DNA of 63,785 nt, counting the filler, from Octopus bimaculoides (taxonomy: Eukaryota): assembly GCF_001194135.2 (NCBI RefSeq). It is 5 parts of 3 records of this genome, joined end to end, with 100 filler letters (N's around TTAATTAATTAA, not from the genome) between each part and the next. Parts side by side here need not be neighbours in the genome. Positions count along the whole stretch, not along the records: positions 30,405 to 38,017 come from NC_068985.1; positions 38,118 to 55,820 come from NC_068983.1; 3 more parts are not named here. One strand, written 5' to 3'. Below the pieces are notes generated by a model, which made no database searches, was not told the DNA's origin, and saw only the letters and a list, made by a program, of their open reading frames with translations. Shown piece by piece: positions 37,712 to 50,326 of the stretch (position 1 is the first letter of the stretch; each line of letters begins with the position of its first letter). Made by a program: the position numbers and the translations under genes.

Positions 37712-38117
37712 TCACTGATAATTCGTAACGAAACAAAAACTGTCTTGTAGAATTTATTGATATGGTGGGATTATGCCTCTGGCTGCAAAATAAATTTTCT
37801 TTGAGACTTTCTTCTGTTCTTCAGGTGTTTGGGTCAAAGGTGTGTCTGTTGTGTTTGTCGTATGCGTGCATGCTTACGGACGTGTGCGTATGTATGTATG
37901 TATGTATGTATGTGTGTATGTATGTATGTATGTATGTGTGTATGTATGTATGTATGTATGAAAGTGTTTGTATATCTGTATATATGTGTGCTTGCATATA
38001 TATATATATATATATATNNNNNNNNNNNNNNNNNNNNNNNNNNNNNNNNNNNNNNNNNNNNTTAATTAATTAANNNNNNNNNNNNNNNNNNNNNNNNNNN
38101 NNNNNNNNNNNNNNNNN

Positions 38118-38360
38118 TACCTTATCCACCCATTTCTCCGCTAGAAGTATTCCTACGCCCCCGACCCCGTCAGTGTTCCCTGCCCAGAAAATCTTGTACC
38201 TGTGTTCTTTGCCTGTGAGGAACCTCGTAGAACCTCCTCTCCATCTTACTTCCTGGATGCAGCACATATCTACGCGTCTCCGTTCAAGCATCTCAACAAT
38301 TTCACCAGATCTACCTTTCAGCGTGCCGACGTTGAGAGTGCCAATCCTAACAGTATGGGT
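38118..38360 (-). mobile_element. RTE-clade LINE APE endonuclease N-terminus
   Basis: Reads RIGTLNVGTLKGRSGEIVEMLERRRVDMCCIQEVRWRG..IFWAGN..GGVGILL. Confidence 0.9.
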
Positions 38361-39089
38361 GTTGGGGGCCTGTGACTATATACAGACCAATGTTTGCAAG
38401 AAAAAATGTGAGGCTTAAATGTAATGTCCATGAAAGAGGTAACTACAGGTACCCAAGGACAATGTGGGGGTATGCCTAAAATACCACCAATGAGAAAAAA
38501 ACTGAAAGTTTGGTAATAATGCTTTAGACAAACTGACACTCAAGAATATAGCAGGGGCTGGTGTTAAATCAAGCATTCTGTAAAGCCCACCAGTTGTGTT
38601 ACAGGCATGAACCTGTTTCACTAAGAACTTATAAGTACCCTGTGGCAACCATCCTAAACAATGAACTAAAATAGCAACATCATTTTCTTAGTTTTAATAT
38701 TTGAATGTCACTTATGTAATATAAATTTATTATAGAGAGATCTTAATTATAGCTTTAACAACATCATACACACCAAGAGAAAACAGAACAGCAACATACA
38801 TTTTTTACATACCACAAAAATAAATGGCTTCTTATAACAGACAGCTAGTTTAATTTACAACAGAAAGGGGCTGGAGGCTAATGTTTTGTGTATGGCTGAA
38901 AATCACATGAGTTTATGTGAAACAAGGTATGGAGGGTAAAACAGTCAATTTTAAATGATTTGTGTTACTTCATATTTGTTTGATATCAGATCTTCTAAAA
39001 AATTTTTTCCTGAATGAAAACAGAAGCGTGGAAAGAATAAGGAGAACTAACTGGGTCCTCACAGGACCTTAAAAAGGATAAGAAAGAAA

Positions 39090-39437
39090 AGAAAAAGCAC
39101 TTGTGCCCATGGCATGTGTAATGGACTTTCGAGCGAGATCGTTGCCAGTGGCCCTGGACTGGCTCTTGTGCGGGTGGCACATAAAATACACCATTTGAGC
39201 GAAGCCGTTGCCAGTACTGCCTGACTGGCCTCGTGCGGGTGGCACGTAAAAGCACCCACTACACTCTCAGAGTGGTTGGCATTAGGAAGGGCATCCAGCC
39301 GTAGAAACTCTGCCAAATCAGATTGGAGCCTGGTGTTGCCATCTGGTTTCACCAGTCCTCAGTCAAATCGTCCAACCCATGCTAGCATGGAAAGCGGACA
39401 TTAAACGACGACAATGATGATGATGATGATGATGATA
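39090..39437 (+). mobile_element. Retroposon family C
   Basis: Matches family C; internal ~60-bp duplication. Confidence 0.9.
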
Positions 39438-39760
39438 TTACAGGCTGTTGTTGTTGTTGTTGAGCACCAGAATCTCTTATCTAGAGTAAAATCTTCATTG
39501 GACATACTTTGCAAAGATCACTCATTTGAATCGCACAAAAAAAATTAAGCTAGAAGTTAGATAGTTTCACAGTGATGGAAGAGTTTTGTGAAAGACATAC
39601 ATTTCACAAATGAATGCATGTCTAATCAGATGCAATATTGGATTTAGTAAAGTGATAGTTCATGTCATGGATAAGAACCAATGATGAAAATAGATAGGCC
39701 AGTGTTGAGTGGACAATTCATATGCATATATATATGCATATGAATATATATATATATATA

Positions 39761-40020
39761 TCATCATCATCATCGTTTAACGTCCGCTTTCCATGCTAGC
39801 ATGGTTTGGACGATTTGACTGAGGACTGGTGAACCAGGTGGTTACACCAGGCTCCAATCTGATTTGGCAGAGTTTCTACAGCTGGATGCCCTTCCTAACG
39901 CCAACCACTCCGAGAGTGTAGTGGGTGCTGTTACATGCCACCGGCATGAAGGCCAGTCAGGCAGTACTGGCAACGGCCATGCTCAAAATGGTGTCTTTTA
40001 CGTGCCACCTGCACGGGAGC
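39761..40020 (-). mobile_element. Retroposon family C
   Basis: Matches family C; tail abuts (TA)n. Confidence 0.9.
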
Positions 40021-40245
40021 CAGGATCGTGGTTTCAATTCCCAGACTGGGCGTTGTGTGTTTATTGAGCGAAAACACCTAAACCTCTGTTGTACTCTTTT
40101 GCCGCAACTTTCTCTCACTCTTTCCTGTCTCTTGAGTAACGCTGCGATGGACTGGCGTCCCGTCCAGCTGGAGGGGGGGGGGGCATATACGTCATAGAAA
40201 GCAGGCCGATGAGCCTGGCTAGGCTTTGAAAGGGCGAAAAAGCAA
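40021..40245 (+). mobile_element. B-type-head SINE with V-domain-like body
   Basis: B-type head remainder followed by gctgcgatggactggcgtcccgtccag. Confidence 0.7.
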
Positions 40246-40742
40246 AAGAAAGGTGGTGGAGTATAAAAATTAAGAAACTGCTAGTGTGCAAAATTTTAAC
40301 GATGCCTTTTTATATTCTGATTTCAAATCAAACATGACCGAACTAATCTACCCTTCGTAGATAGATAAAATTTATAGAACCAGTCAATTAGTGTAAAATA
40401 GTGTAGGGGGTGGAGAATGCAATGAGTCAATCATTGACTACAAGCTCCAAAATTTGAAGTGTTAATCTGTTAGGAATCATTACGTAAATAGGTGTGTTAG
40501 TGTATATAATATCTTGTGATCAAACACTGAATGACTAACTTGTTGATTATTCACCTCAGTACAATCGACGTTCATAGGGAAAAAAACACTCAACCAGAAA
40601 CAAAAGACCAAGAACAGTTTACAGATATAAATCGATAAAACAAAATTGATTTAAGCTTAAGGTGTGTACAGAAGAATAGACATTTAAACAATACATACAT
40701 ATACATTCACTTGTCAGTGAGGGTGTGTGTGTGTGTGTGTTA

Positions 40743-40786
<44 letters not shown>

Positions 40787-40789
40787 ATC

Positions 40790-41050
40790 ATTATTTTACA
40801 TCCGCTGGAATAGGTTGAACGGTTTGACCAGGGCTGGCAAACTGGAAGACCGCACCAGACTCCAGTCTGATTTGGCATGATTTCTACGGCTTGATGGCCA
40901 TCCTAACGCCAACCACTCAGAGGGTGTAATGGGTGCTTTTATGTGCCACCAGTATCTGCCATGACTGCATAACAATGCCAAAGCTCTCGGTCGTTGGCTC
41001 CGACAGGCCCAACACTCGAAAGGAACTCAGCCACTTTGCCTCCATGAGGT
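40790..41050 (-). mobile_element. Older, diverged family C-related copy
   Basis: Contains gatggccatcctaacgccaaccactcag..gggtgcttttatgtgccacc. Confidence 0.7.
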
Positions 41051-41243
41051 CCTATGTATCTACCTGTCTGTCTGTCTGTATGTATGTATGTATATATACA
41101 CATTCACATATATGTATGGATACACGTATATTGTTGGCAGCAAGTAAATAAACGTCTCACTCTGCACGTGTGTGTTTATGCAATAATAACACGTTAATTC
41201 GGTGTGTGTTTATGCATTTGTCAATGTGTATGTATATTTAAAT

Positions 41244-41278
<35 letters not shown>

Positions 41279-43124
41279 CATACATACATGCATAGGCCTT
41301 AAAAAGGAAAAAAAATCTATTAGTTTACACATGCTAAGAATCTAGCGTTATAAATGCATTTTCTTTGTTTCTTAGAGAGAAATTTTAAAGGAGATCATGT
41401 GATTAGAAATCCAACCAGGTTGAAACAGGTTGTACATTTATATCATGCCAGAACCCGTTATCGTGTTTAGATTCCAAACTGACAAACCCCTTCACTTACG
41501 TCACCGTAGTCCGATAGTACTGAGAACTTCACAGTTTCCAATTTTCATTGTCATTAAAAATGAAGTAAAGAATCGGTATTGATAGAGCCAGTAGTAGAGT
41601 GTTCAAAACCTGGCGAAGTATAAACTTTACCTTTCATCCTTCAGGATTGATAATAAAAAAAACTACCATTAATATGCGGAGTCGATATATTTCATTACAT
41701 CGCACGCTGCTATAAAATGAAGTTTCTATGTGATTGCAGACACGTTGAAATAGCAGTTAAATCTCTCTCGAATTATACCCTGTTGTCTGATTAAAGAGAG
41801 ACACATTATGTAGTCCTAGCTACCTGTGAACAGACTGAGTGGTTACGACTGGGGTCTCTCTACCTACAGGTCTGCTTGATTATGGCTTATCTTAACATGG
41901 AAAAGCTACTGTGTGATATCTCGAGCTGCAAGAACAAGCAGTCCAAACACCCTTCGAGTTACCCAATGAAGTCTCTAATATACAAAATAATAGGACAGTC
42001 ACGTCTGGATAGCCTTTGAGCATTAGAGCTCGCCAACGACTAGACAACAACAAATAGTAGGTAAGGATTAGCCGGCAAATTGACATCGTAGTTAAACATC
42101 GGAGATAGAACGCTTTTTGGTTCACAACATTCTGAGTTCATATCTCGCAGGGTCACTTTTTTTTTCTCTTTTTTTTTACTCTCATTATTTCGAGGCCGAT
42201 AATAACGTTATAACGCGGAGTGGCGGATTTAAGAGAATGTTGGATGAGATAGCTTAAACAGACACCGTAAAAGATAACTTGCAGTACCCGTTCCAACTCC
42301 TTGCGCTATTAGTTCAGATCCTACCTCAGGATTCAAGTCCCATCAATGTTTAAGTCACCGCCCTCCCCCTCACACACTGCGAGAAAGCGACAAGGTAGAC
42401 CACAGCAGATTGTGATACCGGTATCTCTATGCAACTGGACAAGCATCTCATCGTCTCAACGTAGTTGCGCCATGGCTACGGAGTCTCTGAAGACTAAACA
42501 CTAAGGGGGGTTGATTCTTTCTGCACGTAAATTACTTTTACTTTCGAATAGTCCGGGGATTTGAGAACCTTTGGAAACGTATTCAGTCAACGAAGAAACG
42601 CCAACGATAAGGTAATACTGCGACGAAAGGCTTTGAAAGAATGTTCTCGGCGAACGAAATCCACAACCTGGATTCAATATCCAGATAGAAACATTCTTCT
42701 TACTTCACTAATCGTTTCAGAAAATGAAAATATGAAGAAAGGGAAAGAAAAAAAACATGGGTTTTTTTTAATCTTTCAATTAAAGAAATTGTCGAACACA
42801 GTACTGTTCGAATTTTTTCAGTGATACTATAAATATAATCGATTATGCAAAATGTGTCACGTTACAATAAGATCAGTATTCAATCAATGCAGGTTTTATA
42901 CATATTACGTGGCCAGGAAATTAAAAACAACATATTAACCATTTGATATATATTTTGGGTGGAGATGGAGTATATGTAATCTGGGTATACCCCCACTTTT
43001 AAATTTTGTTTTTTTTACGGAATCCTATGTTTCAGACCATGGAGAATCCGATTCTGGAAAAAAAATTTCAAAAATCTCAATTTCAAAATTTCGNNNNNNN
43101 NNNNNNNNNNNNNNNNNNNNNNNN

Positions 43125-43265
43125 NCCCCCCCCCCCAGCCCTGTAATCAAAGGCATCACAGCCGTGACCAGCCAGTCTTAGTTTAAAAAGAAAGGGTGTG
43201 AATTGAGATATGGCTGCTATTTCTAGCAAATCATGTGACCAATTAAGCCTCCCTTCAGTAACGAT
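43125..43265 (+). mobile_element. Dispersed repeat family E (representative copy)
   Basis: ggctgctatttctagc motif. Related fragments at about 19065, 41740, 45360-45510, 49560-49700, 58540-58680 and 59540-59650. Confidence 0.55.
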
Positions 43266-43529
43266 TTCGATTCTTAGGTGTGGCCATTTCATTTCATTTA
43301 CATCGTAGATGAAGCATGAACCTCAGACAATCTTATTTTCTCATCTTCCTCTAAATTTAATTAACATATCACACTACTTACGTCTATATTACATTTATGT
43401 CGCGAAGAAAAGAAAAAAAAAAGAGGCTTCTAATAAATAATGATTTTAAATAGTCGAAATAAGGATGCGGAAATGAATAGATATATAACGAGATGTGGAG
43501 ATGATAGAAATAAATGGAATATCTCTCAC

Positions 43530-43807
43530 CTAGGAAAGTGACGTTCTGGTTTCTTACTGTGGCGATTAACTTCCATGGTTTCACACGTGGACGACAAAGA
43601 TGTTAACGTTGTTGGACCAGTAGTGTTAGTGTTGATGGCTGTCTGTGAAACAAGCGGCCGGTGGTGGTAAAGATGATGATGACTAGCACTGCAGTCGGTA
43701 TTACAGGCGGTATGAGGGAGACTTGTGGTTTGGAAAGAAGGTAACGTTTGAACATTGGGTAAAGTAGAGGGAGTATCATTCTGATTATCATTCATTCTGA
43801 TCTTCAT
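43530..43807 (-). CDS. Candidate first coding exon, Thr/Ser/His-rich
   Basis: ATG-initiated open frame of 92 codons ending at donor CCTAG|gtgaga (phase 2). Confidence 0.3.
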
Positions 43808-44674
43808 TAAGTTAATCAGTAATTAAAAACATAAGGAAAAAACCAGCACCAACTCCACCAATAAACCACCTTCCTTGTTTGTTTGTTATTTTTTCCTTCC
43901 TTTCTTGAGGTCGCTTACAATTTAACCTGCTTGTTTGTCCTATCGCTTATCCAGAGACACGGACTGCTGATAACCATATATCTTCAACATAACATTAGCC
44001 GAATCTCTCCACAAATGACATGTCAATTACGATATGTCATTACAACTACAACAGAAATTGCATACATATAAATATCTATATGTGAATGAATGAAATAAGT
44101 TCTGGAGTGTGGTGGTTGTTATTAGATTCTGCAAATAACTCCATCAGTCTCTTGCAAAGTTAGATAAAACACCAACAGCCACACTTTCGAATCGGCCAAT
44201 CTCGTCTTAAAAGACATTCTACCTGTTACTTATACTTTTATTATTTTGTTATTCCCGCGGAAACTATTTCAAACCAATAAATTAAATTATTAGCAAATTA
44301 ATATTTTCTTTCTTGTTGCATACATAAAATATATAACGTATATATATTTTTAGAAATATTCATTTATGCATTTTATTTCTCAGAAGGAATTATTCTCATT
44401 TCTATTTTTTAAAAAGATTTTCGCTCAATAAAGGTTTGGGTTCGTTATATTACGAAGCAGGAGATTATGACGACTGCCTGACTCATAGTGTATTGTTACA
44501 CTTGTTCTCGTTTCATCTTCATTTATTATTCATCAGTCTGGCGAGATTAATTATGCATTGGAACAAGAAGCGGGAATTTATTTTAAATCAGAGATACACT
44601 GGGAAACGTCTACTTTTGAAACCCTAGAATATGTCTAACGAATCACTTGACATAGACGAAGGATTTTTTTAGTC

Positions 44675-44909
44675 GGTACTACTAAAGCAGCACGGTCCCG
44701 AGCGCGCGGTCGCGCTAGCTAGTCGTGAGTGGTCGATCTTAGCCCTGACCCTAACCCTTTCCCTAACCCTATCCCTAACCCTAACCCTATCCCTAACCCG
44801 CGTGTACAAATGAATACGTGTTTAGGGTTGGGGTTGGGATCGACCACTCACGACTGGCTGACGCGGACGCGCGACCGCGCGTTCGGGACCGTACTGCTTT
44901 AGTAGTACC
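44675..44909. mobile_element. 235-bp MITE with ~65-bp TIRs, 9-bp TSD and internal telomere-like repeats
   Basis: Termini GGTACTACTAAAGCAG...CTGCTTTAGTAGTACC. TSD tttttagtc at 44666-44674 and 44910-44918. Confidence 0.95.
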
Positions 44910-45746
44910 TTTTTAGTCTTTGTTTCCCTTGATATTAATATTTGTTGTTTAGTACACCGAATCTATTCACGCCTATGACCGAAACTTATCAGGCATAATT
45001 TATTTACGACTACATTATCTAATATATCCTTCATGTTTGAGACGGCAGCATATACTTTGGCTGCTATTCGCGCATCTACATAGAAACTTATTGGTAAAGG
45101 CGGGATGATTTCGCTACAGTAGAGACTCCGTTGTTAACTCACTATAGTGTAATGAATGACATACTCTGTTCATCAGTATTTGAGACTGCAGAAAAAGCCA
45201 TCTACTTGATTGATTTTCTCCACCACCGGCATCGCATTACTATTGCTTCCTTAACCTTATAATCTTTGCCTTGTACTGCTTCCTTTAGAAGCTTCTTTCT
45301 TTCTCTTAATACTAACACTTACCAAAAGTCAGGCCAAAAAAGTGAGAACTTACATAGTCACTTAACCTGGCAGAAATGACAGCCAGATTTTCATCTTAAA
45401 AAAGGAAAGGACACACTGGATAATGTCCTAGATAACTCTAAACAGAGTGGTTGGTCACTGGTAAAATATCTTTGACTATAGGTCTACTCGATCAGGGATG
45501 ACCTGGCCTTAAACGACAAATACAACTACTGATATAGCAACTTCAATTCTAAGAACTTCTACCTTGTGTGTATGGAACTTGTCTCTTCTCACCAACATGC
45601 TATATCCAGTAGCCATGAAATGTAATGTCCTTCCAACATTTGTTCTACTACAACAAGCAGAGTGACTATCATCACACAAACCTTTTGTCATTCCTATCCA
45701 AGCAAAATCTCCCTCCTATTCCTTCATCAAGTCTACAGTGTCTTAC

Positions 45747-45820
45747 TTCCTCAAACCCCCCACCTAAAATTTTCCCCAATTCTTCCTCATTAAGAAAACG
45801 AATTTTTGGAATTTTCAAAG
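45747..45820 (-). CDS. Candidate 74-nt exon LKIPKIRFLNEEELGKILGGGFEE
   Basis: Acceptor ctgacctttgcag| and donor GAA|gtaaga; frame open. Confidence 0.3.
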
Positions 45821-45934
45821 CTGCAAAGGTCAGACTGAACACGGGATGCATGAATCCCATCATTGTGGGAGGGAACCTCTATGCAGTGACTCGACAAACT
45901 ACAAATTATATTCTGCTGTCCTGCTCAACCCTCA

Positions 45935-46326
45935 GGAGGCGCAATGGCCCAGTGGTTAGGGCAGCGGACTCGCGGTCATAGGATCGTGGTTTCGATTCCC
46001 AGACCGGGCATTGTGAGTGTTTATTGAGTGAAAACACCTAAAGCTCCACGAGGCTCCGGCAGGGGATGGTAGCAAATCATGCTGTACTCTTTCACCACAA
46101 CTTTCTCTCACTCTTACTTCCTGTTTCTGTTGTGCCTGTAAATTCAAAGGGTCAGCCTTGTCACACTGTGTCACGCTGAATATCCCCCGAGAACTACGTT
46201 AAGGGTACACGTGTCTGTGGAGTGCTCAGCCACTTGCACGTTAATTTCACAAGCAGGCTGTTCCGTTGATCGGATCAACTGGAACCCTCGACGTCGTAAG
46301 CGACGGAGTGCCAACAACCAACAACA
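45935..46326 (+). mobile_element. Full-length young SINE family B with 11-bp TSD
   Basis: TSD ctcaaccctca on both sides; nearly identical to 8590-8975. Confidence 0.95.
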
Positions 46327-46653
46327 ACTCAACCCTCAAATGTCATAGATACATCAACTATGAAAAATGTGTGGTCATGGTTGAAACATCTTTGCTCAAC
46401 CAGGACTGACCTGGGTCTATGCATCAACAATGGCAGTCAAGGAGAACCTGCAAATATTATAGGCATTGACCCTTCCTCAAACTAAATGATACAGAAGAAA
46501 ATCTTCTCACTTTGCAAAATCTCCTGCATTACCAAATTTCACTTTAACCACCCCAGCCTTGTCTCATCCTCCTTCTGTCTGTACTGAAGATGGAAGGATT
46601 AAAATAATGATACTGAACATTAGAAATAAGGTAGCGACATGGAGAAATATGTA

Positions 46654-46978
46654 GGCGTTGGAGTGGCTGTGTGGTAAGTAGCTTGCTTACCAGCCACATG
46701 GTTTTGAGTTCAGTCCCACTGCATGGCACCTTGGGCAAGTGTCTTCCACTATAGCCTCGGGCTGACCAAAGCTTTGTGAGTGGATTTGGTAGACAGAAAC
46801 TGAAAGAAGCCCATTGTATATATATATATATGTATGTGTTTGTGTGTCTGTGTTTGTCCCCCCAACATCGCTTGACAACCGATGCTGGTGTGTTTACGTC
46901 CCCGTAACTTAGCGGTTCAGCAAAAAAGACCGATAGAATAAGTACTAGGCTTACAAAGAATAAGTCCTGGGGTCGATT
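46654..46978 (+). mobile_element. SINE family A, nearly full length
   Basis: Matches family A consensus. Confidence 0.93.
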
Positions 46979-48620
46979 AAATATATTACACTAACTTAGC
47001 TATTGTTTTTCATGTAGATGACATCTCTGAGTAATTAAACTCAGTGATTTATTTTTATAAATATACAAAATTTATCATACTCATTCATGTGTGATATTGT
47101 ATATTTTCTTTGTGATTTTCTCATCACTACTTCAGCAAGTGAAGTTTTAATTTTTTAATATACACTATTTGACTTAGAAAAAGCATTTCATCCTCCCAGT
47201 GTTGATACATACCAGTGATACATTGTGGTGATTAAATTGACTTCTGCTCTACAAATTTTAATGGCTTCAACAGAGGATGAAAAGCAATATTCATGACTGT
47301 CATGGGTCCTTTTAGACTAGTAGGGGAACAAGAGGCAGAATAAGTCCATCCAGTAGGCTCCCACTTAGTTTCATCATCCCTTTTTCTCCAACTATACTGT
47401 GGTAGAAGAAAGACACTTGCTCAACATGTCACATTGTGGGATGAAATCATGTGACCACAAAACAATTTTCTGAATTATATGCCTGTACCAAAATTAGTAG
47501 TTTTGTATACCCTATAAAAAAATCTCTATTTGTAAGAATGAAATTCGACTATTCAAAAGATGTGAATGTGTTTTGCTTAAAATACAGAACAGGCAAGTGA
47601 ACATTCGGGCATTGTTGAGAGAGGCAATTGTTATATATTTAATAATAAATTTGTACACTAAATATTAACATTTTGTTTCATTTAAATCATTTGTGCTCTT
47701 TTTGTTTGCATTGCTTATACAGTTTGGTGTCACCACTACAATGTGAAACTTTGCTTCATTGAATACAGTCGTATTGTTCACATGTATTAGTAGGAGCGGC
47801 ATGACTCATTTACCATTGTGTAGGTGCTCCAACTGGAAAATGATAATGGTGATGATCATCGTCATATCTATGTCTTTTTTCCATGTTAAAATGAAGTCAG
47901 ACAGCTGCCATATTCCAAGTTTCTGTCTTCCTAAATGGGTCAAATTATAAGATCTTACTTGTATAGCACACTCAATGAATTCATTCTAATGAAACTTCTC
48001 AAACACATTGCAGTGACAAAACTCTTTCTGTTATCTTGATAGCAGCCTTTCTAGGAAGCAGTCATTCTAAAATATAATAGATACAGGTTTGAGAGGATAC
48101 TTAGTCCTGTATCAACGTGACTTTACACCTTATTCGAATAACATCTACAAAATTACTCAGAATTGTAGATCACACTTAATTTCAGCCTTTATATAACATA
48201 CATCCATTGTACAACATACAGACTTTATATTATATAGCAACAGAGATATAAGAACAATCTTTACTACAGTACCACATTTTTCTTTTGTCTATTTTGTTAT
48301 ATTTTAAACAAAATAGATTCAACTATTCTGAGTACTTGAATTTAATTACTTTAAGAATAGATTTCTTTTGACAATGCAGAAAGCCACAAAGAGGGTGAGG
48401 CCAATTGAATTCACACAATATATTGTTGGTAGATATTTTTAAAATAAAAAGCAAATTTGGCCTCAGTATGGTTTAAACTTATACTATAGAAGGAAGGAAC
48501 TAAATTCTTGTAGCAACTACACTTGGAACAGTTCTTTTTTTATTTTATTAACTCTCAAGTGGTTTTATCAAAAATGTTGCTACACACAAATGTATTTTGT
48601 TTCATACTAAAGGCACATTG

Positions 48621-48723
48621 TCACAGGACAAAGAGCCCTCTCAATGCTGTTTCAATTATATTTTGGAGTTGCTCCTTGCCTAGATAGGTTGTCTTCAATG
48701 TAACACTACAAGTTTCATCTTTC
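48621..48723 (-). CDS. Candidate last coding exon of an unidentified host gene
   Basis: Acceptor ttatttacatag|G; reads KDETCSVTLKTTYLGKEQLQNIIETALRGLFVL*; phase 2 matches the upstream exon. Confidence 0.55.
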
Positions 48724-48829
48724 CTATGTAAATAAGCATTTAGAAAGTTTCCTTTTATATTACAATAGATTTATTAAGTCTGCCCATTTCCAGTTAATAT
48801 TAAACCAGTAATGTTTTCTTTTCCCTTAC

Positions 48830-48943
48830 TGATGTTTTTCATAAATTTTGTTCAAAATGATTTCACCCAGAAGGAAGGAGAAGTACTGATGACCATCACA
48901 GGCAATTCCAGACAATACAGTTTGATGTTCAGTATGAATGTCT
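48830..48943 (-). CDS. Candidate penultimate coding exon (114 nt, phase 2-2)
   Basis: AG-free pyrimidine tract ending gacttag|; reads DIHTEHQTVLSGIACDGHQYFSFLLGEIILNKIYEKH; donor CA|gtaagg; 106-nt intron to the next exon. Confidence 0.55.
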
Positions 48944-50049
48944 CTAAGTCAATGTGCAGGGAAAACATGAGAGGGAAGTAAATTCCAAAAGGTTGACAAT
49001 CTGAGAAAGAAGAACTGAGATATTTTGGTTTGTACAAGATTTGGTATTAGGGAAAGGAAGTGTATATGATAAAACACACCTTGCAATCTATAAAATGGCA
49101 GGTGTTAGGAAGGGTACCTGGTTATAGAAATCATACCAATATAAAATGTATGAGTAAAATGTGGGAGGGCTGTATCTCTAAATAAGAGCTGACCTGGACT
49201 GTAACAATCCATCCAGCTTTTGCCTGCATGGAAAACAGGCATAAAATAATGACAATGACAGCCACAAAAGCCTTGATCATAAGCACAATATATCATACAT
49301 GACATCCAATTACATTGTTTTAGTTAACGAGCAATGATTAATTATTTGCATTTCAATAGCACCATATTCTTTGTATTCCAACAGAAAAATAAAACTGCTT
49401 AAAACTGTTTTTATACATTAAGAGTTTGAAGGAAGACCAGGAATGTTTTGTGAATGTGACACAAACGATCCAAGGACCAAGTCAGTGGTGATATAATACT
49501 CTTGTTGTTTACTGTCAGATCAGCTACCATCAGGTAGTCTTATGATCAAAAGAGTTCCATCCTCGACCATATTATCTTTGTTTATATGTATCAGGCTCTA
49601 TATTATTCTACCAATTATTCTTTATTTAAAATAGGGGTGGGGACGTGACTTGAAGGATATTTGACTGTTGTTTTTAGTAGCTTGAACACCTGTGTAGAGT
49701 CTTACTTGTTGATTATAATGGTGGACTGGCAGAATTGGTAGAGCAACAGATAGAATGTGATGCAGAATTTAGTTGCATACATTTATGCAGAATAGATGGC
49801 AAAATCTACCTTGATGGGTTTTGAGCTGAAAATATAATGAGACATTGCCAAATCTTGTTTCTAATTTAGATGTAAGTTCAGCAATTTGTTGAAGAAGGAC
49901 TAGTAATTCAGTCAGTCTCACTATTTGGTTGGTACTTTATTTAATTGACCCTGAAAGTATAAGAGGCAAAGTTGACCTCAGAAGGATTTGAACCCAGAAT
50001 GTAAAGAGTTGAAAGAAACACCACAAGGCATTTTTTCAATGCTCTAATG

Positions 50050-50200
50050 AAGGTCCAGTCCTTGTTGCTGTGTGGTGGCTTATGTGCCTCAATGATCCTG
50101 AGAGCTAAGCCAATGGAGAACAAGCTCCTGGTAGGGCCACCCATGCTGGACAAGTGAAAGGATAAAGGCCAGACTAATATGGACCACTTCTTCCCAGAGG
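50050..50200 (+). mobile_element. RTE-clade 5' UTR relic
   Basis: gtggtggcttatgtgcctcaatgatcctgagagcta..ctcctggtagggccacccatg..ggccagactaa resembles recalled RTE/Expander 5' UTRs. Confidence 0.5.
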
Positions 50201-50326
50201 TAAAAATGGATTTGTGTAGAGCCAACCAAGAAGAAAAGCAAAATCACAGAATCATCAATGACAATTCAAAAGCTACAAGACTTTGGAGAGGAAAGCCTTT
50301 TCTCAGGAAAATATATGACCTGGTGT

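Noticed and set aside
42572-42631. Plus-strand 60-nt exon-like segment (SGDLRTFGNVFSQRRNANDK) with good splice signals
   Set aside because: Isolated, with no compatible neighbours identified; such signals arise by chance in 64 kb.
48860-49000. STAT-like reading IDLET..LPVMVIS in the track ORF frame
   Set aside because: Weak similarity; a different frame gives a phase-consistent two-exon model with better splice sites.
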